From Thermoanaerobaculia bacterium (GTDB lineage: Bacteria > Acidobacteriota > Thermoanaerobaculia > Multivoradales > UBA5704): 17,659 nucleotides of DNA. The notes under the pieces were generated by a model. The model was given only the letters and a program-made list of their open reading frames with translations. It had not been told where the DNA came from and did no database searches. Both the position numbers and the translations under genes were made by a program. Positions 1 to 7,256 of the stretch are shown here, piece after piece; positions within the stretch are counted from its first letter, which is position 1; the number at the start of each line of letters is the position of its first letter. The stretch spans positions 1-17,659 of the forward strand of contig JBGAGQ010000092.1 in the NCBI GenBank assembly GCA_044226625.1, read 5' to 3'.

Positions 1-419
1 CGCCCGCAGCCGCCGGTCGAGCAGACGTTGCCCGAAAATCCCGCGGGGTTGATGAACTTGTGCCACTCGGCGACCTTGGTCTTGAGCCGCGCGGCGTCGT
101 ACCCCTTCTGGGTGATCAGGTACGCCGCAAGCCCCCAGGTGCTCTTCGCCATGTTGCAGGGGCAGCAGCACGTGTAGGCGGTGTTCTCGCTGCAGCAGGG
201 GGCCGGCAGCTGGGTGAGAGCGGCGCGCTTGATCGCCTCCTGCTCCGAGGTGAGCTGGATCGTCTTGTAATACTCGATGAACTCGGCCGCCTGGGCGTGC
301 GCGTCGGTGAACTTGAGATCATCCTTCGGCTTCGGCGCCGCGGCGAGGGCGAACGTCGCGATTCCGAAGAGGGCGAGGAGGGTCGCGAGGGCGAGGAGGG
401 GCTGGGGGCGTCGGTTCAT
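1..419 (-). CDS. Secreted cysteine-rich hypothetical protein (partial; 3' end runs off window)
   Basis: Not in the ORF track. Manual translation from ATG 419-417 gives [139 protein letters not shown]..., with no stop. SD GGAGGT at 430-425, TAGAAT at 457-452, Sec-type signal peptide, GC-rich third codon positions. Confidence 0.85.
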   Translation of the reverse strand, partial: MNRRPQPLLALATLLALFGIATFALAAAPKPKDDLKFTDAHAQAAEFIEYYKTIQLTSEQEAIKRAALTQLPAPCCSENTAYTCCCPCNMAKSTWGLAAYLITQKGYDAARLKTKVAEWHKFINPAGFSGNVCSTGGCG

Positions 420-578
420 GAGGTACCTCCCGTTCAAAGGCCAGACGAGGGATTCTATTCGCTTCCCCTCTCCAATCGCTTCTTCCGTTCGTTCAGGGTC
501 GCTTCTCGAGCCGCTCGCGATTCGCCTGCCTCCGCTTCGGACGGCGGCGGCCCGACGAGGCTCGCCTCGAGATGCCGG

Positions 579-584
579 TACAAT
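579..584 (+). promoter_or_regulatory. Putative -10 box (TACAAT) 6 nt before the rph ATG; leaderless geometry
   Basis: TACAAT-cgccgg-ATG with no SD motif. Confidence 0.6.
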
Positions 585-590
585 CGCCGG

Positions 591-1415
591 ATGAGCGAAA
601 CTCCGATTCTTCGTCCCAACGGCCGTGCCGCCGACGCGCTGCGGCCGGTAAAGCTCCAACTCGGCGCGCAGAAGTTCGCCGAGGGCTCCGCCCTGATCGA
701 GGTGGGCGACACCCGCGTGCTGGTCGCCGCGAGCGTCGACAACCGCGTCCCGCCGTTTCTGCGCGACTCCGGGCGCGGCTGGGTCACCGCCGAGTATTCG
801 ATGCTGCCCCGCGCCACCCACACCCGTTCCGGCCGCGAGGTCGAACGGGGCCGCCCGAGCGGCCGCACCTCGGAAATCCAACGCCTGATCGGCCGCAGCC
901 TGCGCGCCGTGATCGACACCACCGCGATCCCCGACCGGACGATCGCGATCGACTGCGACGTGCTCCAGGCCGACGGCGGCACCCGGACCGCCGCGATCAC
1001 CGGCGCCTACGTGGCGCTCGCGCTCGCCTGCGCCAAGATCTACCTGACCGGCGACATCGCGACGTGGCCGCTTCGGTCGCCGCTCGCCGCGGTCTCGGTC
1101 GGGCTGGTCGACGGCGCTCCCCTCCTCGACCTCGAATACATCGAGGACCAAGCGGCGGAGGTCGACATGAACGTCGTGGCGACGGCCGACGGGCAACTGG
1201 TCGAGATCCAGGGGACCGGCGAGAAGCGGGCGTTCCGCCGCGATGAGATGGACCGCCTCGTCGATCTCGCGCTCGGCGGCATCGGCCAACTCGTCGAGAT
1301 CCAGCGCGCCGTCCTCGTCCCGACCATGGCCGAGGTCGCCGAGATCCAGGCGAAAGGCGGCCGCCGCAAACCGGCCGCGCCCAAAGACGAGAAGAAGCTC
1401 TGGGGCCGGCCGTAA
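591..1415 (+). CDS. rph: Ribonuclease PH
   Basis: Motifs [93 protein letters not shown]. The start is placed at ATG 591; the ORF-track extension to 60 is the antisense of the upstream gene. Confidence 0.97.
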   Translation: MSETPILRPNGRAADALRPVKLQLGAQKFAEGSALIEVGDTRVLVAASVDNRVPPFLRDSGRGWVTAEYSMLPRATHTRSGREVERGRPSGRTSEIQRLIGRSLRAVIDTTAIPDRTIAIDCDVLQADGGTRTAAITGAYVALALACAKIYLTGDIATWPLRSPLAAVSVGLVDGAPLLDLEYIEDQAAEVDMNVVATADGQLVEIQGTGEKRAFRRDEMDRLVDLALGGIGQLVEIQRAVLVPTMAEVAEIQAKGGRRKPAAPKDEKKLWGRP

Positions 1416-1422
1416 CCGGCGC

Positions 1423-3405
1423 TCAATCGGTCCGCATCGAGAGGGATACCGCGCCCGCGGCGGCGAGGCGCGGCTTGGCCGCTTCCTCCGGCTCCTTCTC
1501 GTCCGTCTCCCCCGGGTTCCGGAAGAGGTTCGATTCGAGATCGAACTGGCGCGTGTAGAGCGCGTGATACCGGCCGCCGAGCGCGAGCAGCTCCTGGTGC
1601 TTGCCGCGCTCGATGATCCGTCCGGCCTCGAGGACCAGGATCGTGTCGGCCCTGCGGATCGTCGAGAGACGATGGGCGATGACGAACGTGGTCCGGCCGC
1701 GCATCAGCTCGGCGAGCCCTTGCTGGATCAGGAACTCGCTCTCGCTGTCGAGCGAGGAGGTCGCCTCGTCGAGGATCAGGATGCGCGGATCGGCGAGGAT
1801 CGCCCGCGCGATCGCCACCCGCTGCCGCTCGCCCCCCGAGAGCTTGATCCCGCGCTCGCCGACCACGGTTCCCCAGCCGTCGGGCAGGCGGCCCACGAAC
1901 TCCTCGCAATGCGCGATGCGTCCGGCTTCGAGAATCTCCTCCCGCGTCGCGTCCGGCCGCGCGTAGGCGATGTTTTCGAGCACCGTGCCGTCGAACAGGA
2001 AGTTGTCCTGGAAGACCACGCCAAGCTGCGAGCGGTAGTCGGCGAGGCGGACTCCGGAGAGGTCGCGGCCGTCGACCAGGATCGTGCCCTCGCTCGGCTT
2101 GTGGAACGCCGCCACCAGGCCGATCAGCGTACTCTTGCCGGATCCAGAGTGTCCGACCAGCGCGGTCGAGGTCCCCGGCTCGGCGACGAACGAGATGTCG
2201 TGGAGCACCGGCGCGTCCTTCTTGTACTCGAACCCGACGTGCTGGAACTCGACCCGTCCGACCACGGCGCCCATCGGCCGCCGCTTCTCGTCCCCTTCGT
2301 CCTCACGCTTCTCGCCCATGATCTCGCGGATCCGCTCGAGACCGGCGAACGCCTCGGTGAGCTGGCTGCCGATCGAGACCATTTGGGCGATCGGCCCGAC
2401 CAGCAGGCCCAGATAGAGCGTGAACGAGAAGAACGAGCCGACGGTCATCCGGCCGGCGAGCACGTCGCTGCCGCCGATCCACATGATCATCACGCTCGCG
2501 AGCCCGACCAAAAGCGTCGAGACCGTGCCGATCATCGACATGCCCGTGATCGTCTTGGCGACGTTCCGGAACAGCAGATGCGCCCCCTTGGCGAACACCA
2601 GGGCCTCGCGACGCTCGGCGCCGTAGGCCTTCACCACCCGGGCGCCAGAGAGCGATTCGGAGAGCCGCCCGGCCACCTCGGCGTTGATCTTCGACCGCTC
2701 GCGGAAGAGCGGCCTCAAGGTCGAGAAGGCGAAAAACATCACCACCGCGAACAGCGACAGAACGAGGATCACGAACAGAGTGAGCCGGGCGTTCAGGGCG
2801 ACCAGGATGGCGAGCGCGAAGGCCGCCGTGACCATGCTGCCGGTGAGGTCGACCAGCCCGGTGCCCACCAGGTTCCGCAGGCCTTCGGCGTCGTTCATCA
2901 CCCGCGAGAGGAGCACGCCCGATTTGGTTTGGTCGTAATAGGCCACGGTGAGCCGCCCTACGTGGCGCTGGATCCTCCGCCGCATGTCGGTGATCGAGCG
3001 CTGCGCCGCCTTGCCAAGGATCTGCGAGAGGGAGAACGAGGTGGCGGCTTGGAGCACGGTCGCGACGATCGCGGTCAAGATGAGCGGCAGCAAAAGCGCC
3101 CGGTTGCTCTTGCCGATCACGTCGTCGAGCAGGAACTTGGTCGTGCCGGGCAGGACGAGCCCCGCAAGCCGGCTGATCAACATGAGCAGGAGACCGAGAA
3201 TCAGTCGCCCCTTGCGCGCCTTGACGAGGTCCGCGGCATCGCGCAGGGCGAGCCTAAGCGCCGGGTTCTTCTTTTTCTCTTTCGCCTTCGTCGATTCCGC
3301 CCCCGCAGCCTTGGCGCGGCGGGAAGAGACCTGCCCGCCGTAAAGGCCGGCGCGAGGCGAGCGGGTGGCGGGGGCGTCCGGCGACGGCTCGGTGGCTTCG
3401 CTCAA
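1423..3405 (-). CDS. ABC exporter, fused TMD+NBD (ABCB/MsbA/MdlA-like)
   Basis: Hydrophobic N-terminal half, Walker A GHSGSGKST, Q-loop VFQD, signature LSGGERQR, Walker B ILILDEATSSLD, H-loop IAHRLSTI. TTG start with GGAGA SD upstream. Confidence 0.95.
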   Translation of the reverse strand: MSEATEPSPDAPATRSPRAGLYGGQVSSRRAKAAGAESTKAKEKKKNPALRLALRDAADLVKARKGRLILGLLLMLISRLAGLVLPGTTKFLLDDVIGKSNRALLLPLILTAIVATVLQAATSFSLSQILGKAAQRSITDMRRRIQRHVGRLTVAYYDQTKSGVLLSRVMNDAEGLRNLVGTGLVDLTGSMVTAAFALAILVALNARLTLFVILVLSLFAVVMFFAFSTLRPLFRERSKINAEVAGRLSESLSGARVVKAYGAERREALVFAKGAHLLFRNVAKTITGMSMIGTVSTLLVGLASVMIMWIGGSDVLAGRMTVGSFFSFTLYLGLLVGPIAQMVSIGSQLTEAFAGLERIREIMGEKREDEGDEKRRPMGAVVGRVEFQHVGFEYKKDAPVLHDISFVAEPGTSTALVGHSGSGKSTLIGLVAAFHKPSEGTILVDGRDLSGVRLADYRSQLGVVFQDNFLFDGTVLENIAYARPDATREEILEAGRIAHCEEFVGRLPDGWGTVVGERGIKLSGGERQRVAIARAILADPRILILDEATSSLDSESEFLIQQGLAELMRGRTTFVIAHRLSTIRRADTILVLEAGRIIERGKHQELLALGGRYHALYTRQFDLESNLFRNPGETDEKEPEEAAKPRLAAAGAVSLSMRTD

Positions 3406-3518
3406 TCAAATCTCCGGAAAAACGGCCGAAAGGGCCGAAGTTGAACATAACACTCCGGGTCGAGCCGTCTCTTCCCGGGGTGGGCGGCGCCGAAGCCGGC
3501 TGCATTGCGCTCGCTCGT

Positions 3519-3920
3519 TCGACGTCCCGATTCCCGCCCGGACGTCCCGGCGTCGGCCGAAGGGGGCGAGCCGACGGCGGTACGTCTCACGTTCGCCCGA
3601 GCTCGTCCCGTTTTCCGAGTGCACGTCCCATTCGCCGAGCGCACGTCTCAATCAATGGTCGTTCGGTCCCATTCTCTGGACGCACGTCCCGTTCTCTGGA
3701 CGCACGTCCCGTTCCCTGGAGATTCGTCCCGTATTCCAGGTTTTCGTCCCGTTCTCTGGATTTTCGTCCCAAATTCTGGAGAAACGTCCCGTATCCCGAC
3801 CATTAGTCCCGTATTCAGGATCTACGTCCCGTACTCAGTCAGATCGTCCCGTATCCTGGATATTCGTCCCGTATTCTGTATTCACGTCCCGTATTCCGAA
3901 TATACGTCCCGTATTCCAGA
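3519..3920. repeat. Degenerate tandem array, 20-bp period, invariant GTCCC core
   Basis: GTCCC occurs at exact 20-bp intervals from 3666 to 3906 (13 units, 3661-3920). Weaker copies (GTCCC/GTCTC) lie at 3524, 3544, 3584, 3605, 3625 and 3645. Approximate consensus NNWWCGTCCCGTWYYCYGGA. Confidence 0.93.
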
Positions 3921-3926
3921 CGAAGC

Positions 3927-3995
3927 GGCCCGCCGCTCCCACTCCAGCTCCTTGGCCCCTACCTCAACGGCCGATTTGACGGGCGGGCCTTTTTT
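3927..3995 (+). terminator. Possible long-loop terminator or attenuator-like structure after the array
   Basis: GGCCCGCC (3927-3934) is complementary to GGCGGGCC (3982-3989), which is followed by a T6 run. The 47-nt intervening loop is atypical. Confidence 0.3.
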
Positions 3996-4006
3996 CTAAC
4001 TAAACT
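3976..4006 (+). promoter_or_regulatory. Putative sigma70 promoter for crcB (leaderless)
   Basis: TTGACG (3976-3981), 19-nt spacer, TAAACT (4001-4006), then 7 nt to ATG 4014. No SD. Confidence 0.5.
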
Positions 4007-4013
4007 TCGGCCC

Positions 4014-4388
4014 ATGCGGCTCTTCTGGATCTCCTTGGGCGGGGCGGTGGGCACCGCCGCGCGCTATCTGCTGTCCGGCTGGATGCTCAAGACGGCGGGA
4101 CCGGGCTTCCCGTGGGGCACCCTCGCGGTCAACGTGATCGGCTCGTTCCTGCTCGGCCTGCTCGCGGCCGTCGGGGCGAACGCGTTCTCACCGACGCTCC
4201 GTCTGGCGCTCACGACCGGCGTGATGGGCGGGTTTACCACCTATTCGACGTTCAACTACGAGACGCTCCGCGCTCTCCAGGACGGCGCCTGGGGAGTCGC
4301 CTTCGCCAACCTCTTCGTCACGGTGTTCGGCTGCCTCGCGGCCGGGCTGCTCGGCTTCGCGGCCGGGCGGTCGCTCGCCGGGGTGTAG
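4014..4388 (+). CDS. crcB: Fluoride efflux channel FluC/CrcB
   Basis: 124 aa, four hydrophobic segments, motifs GGAVGTAARY, FPWGTLAVNVIGSFLLG, GVMGGFTTYSTF. Confidence 0.96.
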   Translation: MRLFWISLGGAVGTAARYLLSGWMLKTAGPGFPWGTLAVNVIGSFLLGLLAAVGANAFSPTLRLALTTGVMGGFTTYSTFNYETLRALQDGAWGVAFANLFVTVFGCLAAGLLGFAAGRSLAGV

Positions 4389-4407
4389 CGGGTGGCGGGA
4401 GCGAGTC

Positions 4408-4917
4408 TTACCGCCCCACCCAGCGCTCGACCACGCGGTTGATCACCTGGCGGGGGTAGCTCCCGCTCCCCGGGGCGCCCGCCTTGAGCGCCGCCCGGAT
4501 CTCCTGCACGGACGAGGCGATCGAGCCCGCCGGGTTCGCCCGCCAGCGAATCACCTGCGAGCGGTCGATCATATAGAGCGCCGGCTCCTCCCCGGCGTCC
4601 GATTCGACCCCGTAGGCGGCGAGGAACGCGCGGTCGTCGGTGAGGAGGGGGAAGTGGAGCCCGAGCTCTCTCTGCGCCGTCATCAGCTCGGGCATCGGCG
4701 CTTTGAACATCGCGAGGGGACGCGCCCGCCGTTTCGCGAGATCCTCGCTCGCGCTTTCGAGAGCCTGGAGGTCCGTCCGGGTCCGGTCGGAGAGCGCCGG
4801 GGCGACGTACAGGACGATCGCCGTATGGACGCACTCGTCGCGCAGCATGAGCAGCACCCCCTCGGTCGAGGAGAGATCGAAATTCGGGGCGGTTTGGCCG
4901 ATCTCGGGTCCGCGCAT
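4408..4917 (-). CDS. AhpC/TSA (redoxin)-fold protein lacking the peroxidatic Cys
   Basis: This is the C-terminal 169 aa of the 4408..6138 ORF: MRGPEIGQTAPNFDL...IVLYV.P...HFPLLTD...AYGV...PALYMIDRSQVIRW. AAGGA SD before ATG 4917. It lies directly downstream of rseP. Confidence 0.8.
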   Translation of the reverse strand: MRGPEIGQTAPNFDLSSTEGVLLMLRDECVHTAIVLYVAPALSDRTRTDLQALESASEDLAKRRARPLAMFKAPMPELMTAQRELGLHFPLLTDDRAFLAAYGVESDAGEEPALYMIDRSQVIRWRANPAGSIASSVQEIRAALKAGAPGSGSYPRQVINRVVERWVGR

Positions 4918-4961
4918 CGGAGGCGTCCTTTCTCGCGTTTCTAGCTTTCGCAGTTCCGGTC

Positions 4962-6284
4962 TTACGAGCCGGGGATCAAGCCCGGCGGCAGGCTCTTCTT
5001 GACGTCGAACCAGATCACCATCGCCATCAGCAGCAGGACCATGACGAAGCCGACCTGAATCACGATCTCCTTGAAGCGCACCGAGAGGTCGCGCCGGATC
5101 ACGCTCTCGAGAAGGAGAATGGTGATCTGGCCACCGTCCAGGATCGGAATCGGCATGAGGTTCAAAAGCGCGATCGAGATGCTGATGAAACCCATCAGAT
5201 AGAGCAAGTACTTGAAACCCACCCGCGCCGCCGCGCCGGCCTGCTTCGCGATCTCGAGCGGCCCCGCAAGCGCGCCGCCGGGCGGCACCTTCCGCGTCAC
5301 CAGCTTGCCCAGGACGTCGAACGTCTGGGTGCAGATCCGCCAGTTGAAGATCAGGCTCGCCTTGAGCGCCTCGCCCGGGGGATAGCGCTGGAAGAAGCCG
5401 AGCCCGACGCCGATCCGCCCCTTCCCCCCCTCGTCCCGCGGGGTCACCGAGATCGTCTGATGCTTGGAGCCGCGCCGGACCTCGATCGCGACCTGCTGGC
5501 CCGCCTTGCTCTCGATGTAGGCGACGAAAGCCGTCGAGTCGGCGATCGAGCGGCCGTCGACCGCCCAGATCTCGTCCCCCAGCTCGAAGCCCGCGGCCGC
5601 GGCCGGCGTGCCGTCGAGGACCTTGGTGAGCTGCGGCCGGTTCTTCGGCGCGATACCCGCCGTATCGCCGATCTGGTAGTGCGGATCGAGCTTCGGCGTC
5701 ACGGTGGCCGAGAAGCGCTTCTCGCCCCGCTGCAGCTCGAGGACCACCGGGCGGTTCGGCGAAGTCGCGAGCCCGAAGCTCGCGTCCTCCCAGGTCTTCG
5801 ACGGCTTGCCGTTGAGCGACAGGATCAGGTCGCCGCGCTGCAGGCCCGCCTGCTCGGCCGAGGACCCCTTCACCACGGCGCCCACCTCGGACGGCATCGC
5901 CGAGAGGTTCGGCACCTCGATCCCGGCCATGAACAGGCCGGCGAACAGGATCGTGGCGAGGATGACGTTCATCACCGGGCCGGCTAGATAGACCAGGATC
6001 CGCTGCCAGCGAGGCTTGTTCAAGAACTCGCGCGGGTCGTCGGTCACCTCGTCGGGGTTCTCCCCGCCCAGACGGACGTAGCCGCCGAGCGGCACCAGCG
6101 AGAGGCGGTAGTCCGTCTCCCCCCGGCGGAAGCCCCAAAGTCGTTTGCCGAAGCCGAGCGAAAAAGTCAGAACCCGGACGCCGAACGCCTTGGCGACCAG
6201 CAGGTGGCCGGCCTCATGGACGAAAACGATGACGCCCAGGGCGAAGGCGAAGGAGAGGGGGGTGACGAGAAAATCGAAATTCAT
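4962..6284 (-). CDS. rseP: RIP (site-2) zinc metalloprotease RseP with two PDZ domains
   Basis: HEAGH zinc motif, FSLGFG, PLGGYV, AGPVMN, two PDZ-like repeats (GSSAEQAGLQRGD; GTPAAAAGFELGD), NLMPIPILDGG. Confidence 0.95.
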   Translation of the reverse strand: MNFDFLVTPLSFAFALGVIVFVHEAGHLLVAKAFGVRVLTFSLGFGKRLWGFRRGETDYRLSLVPLGGYVRLGGENPDEVTDDPREFLNKPRWQRILVYLAGPVMNVILATILFAGLFMAGIEVPNLSAMPSEVGAVVKGSSAEQAGLQRGDLILSLNGKPSKTWEDASFGLATSPNRPVVLELQRGEKRFSATVTPKLDPHYQIGDTAGIAPKNRPQLTKVLDGTPAAAAGFELGDEIWAVDGRSIADSTAFVAYIESKAGQQVAIEVRRGSKHQTISVTPRDEGGKGRIGVGLGFFQRYPPGEALKASLIFNWRICTQTFDVLGKLVTRKVPPGGALAGPLEIAKQAGAAARVGFKYLLYLMGFISISIALLNLMPIPILDGGQITILLLESVIRRDLSVRFKEIVIQVGFVMVLLLMAMVIWFDVKKSLPPGLIPGS

Positions 6285-6415
6285 GGCGCTTCCTACGGTA
6301 TCTCGATCCGCCAGGTTGCGAAAGAGGCGGGACGGCCCCCCTTGGGCAACCGGAATGGAGGGCGTTCCAGAGAGTTACGGCAACCCCGAGGCCACCGGGC
6401 GGCCCCTCCCTCCCG

Positions 6416-7156
6416 CTACTTCCCCTTGGCCTCCAGGGGCGGCACTTTCCCCGTCGCCGCGGCGTAGGCCTGGTAGAGCTGCGAGGCGTCGGTCCAGATC
6501 TCGGCCAGGTCGTCGTCCACCCGCGTGTCGGCGTTCCAGCTTGCGAGCGCGTGGCGCGCTTCCGCGTTGCCGGCGAGAGCCGCGGCGAGCACCCGCCCGG
6601 CCATCGCCTCGGGATCTTCGGTACCGTCCGGATTGCGCAGCCAGCTCGCGTAGCCGGCGACCGCGGCGCGGATCTCCTCGGCCGAAAGGCGCGGCGGTAC
6701 GAACGCGAGCGAGCGCTCGACGCGGGGCCCGAGGTCGGGGAAGAGCGCCACGGAGTCCTTCCAGACGGGGACGTCGATCCATTCCCCGCCCTTGCCGAAC
6801 GGCCAGCTCGCGAGCTCGAAGACCTCGAGGCTCCCGGGCAGCTCATGGACCTCCGCGGCGTCGAGCGGGCTCAAGGAGAGGATGGGATCGGCGATCCCGC
6901 AGGCAAAGACCGCCACCTCCTCGGCCCGCGCCCGGTCCGGAGCGAGGCGCTCGGACAGCTCGCCACAAGCGACCAGCACCGGCACTCCCACGGAGTTCTT
7001 GACCATCGCGAGCGGCGGATCGGCGGCGCCCCCCACCACGCGGGGCGGGCACGGACAGACGATCTCCGGAGGCGGCGCGGACGCGACAGGCGGTTCGGTC
7101 GCGGCAACAGGCGGCTCGGCGACGGCGACTTGCAGGGCGAGAAGGGCGAACAACAT
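6416..7156 (-). CDS. Hypothetical exported protein
   Basis: 246 aa, hydrophobic N-terminus (MLFALLALQVAVA), Pro/Ala linker, four Cys, host-like codon usage. TAGAAT lies 8 nt before the ATG. Confidence 0.75.
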   Translation of the reverse strand: MLFALLALQVAVAEPPVAATEPPVASAPPPEIVCPCPPRVVGGAADPPLAMVKNSVGVPVLVACGELSERLAPDRARAEEVAVFACGIADPILSLSPLDAAEVHELPGSLEVFELASWPFGKGGEWIDVPVWKDSVALFPDLGPRVERSLAFVPPRLSAEEIRAAVAGYASWLRNPDGTEDPEAMAGRVLAAALAGNAEARHALASWNADTRVDDDLAEIWTDASQLYQAYAAATGKVPPLEAKGK

Positions 7157-7256
7157 GGCGCGCGATTCTATCCGGGCGACTCGCTGACGGCGTGGCCCCC
7201 TCCAAATCCGGCCCCCGGTCCGATTTCAGGCCAGTCAAAACCGTTAGCATCCGCGG

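Noticed and set aside
60-590. N-terminal extension of RNase PH in ORF 60..1415
   Set aside because: It is the antisense shadow of the minus-strand gene 1..419; RNase PH similarity begins at ATG 591.
1330-1415. Basic C-terminal extension of RNase PH and absence of a downstream rdgB
   Set aside because: Tail length and gene order vary commonly, and nothing in the sequence suggests a special function.
3519-3920. CRISPR array interpretation of the repeat
   Set aside because: The whole unit is only 20 bp, with no 25-45-nt unique spacers and no cas genes in the window.
3365-3999. ORFs 3365..3979, 3441..3806 and 3505..3999 as repeat proteins
   Set aside because: The 20-bp period cycles through all frames, giving the same RPV/SR/VP patterns in each. 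Openness reflects stop-poor repeat composition, and there are no convincing starts.
3920-4013. Fluoride riboswitch upstream of crcB
   Set aside because: The expected GxxGATGxxGTTCxCC...CTxATGAC-like pattern is not recognisable, and the promoter geometry leaves no leader.
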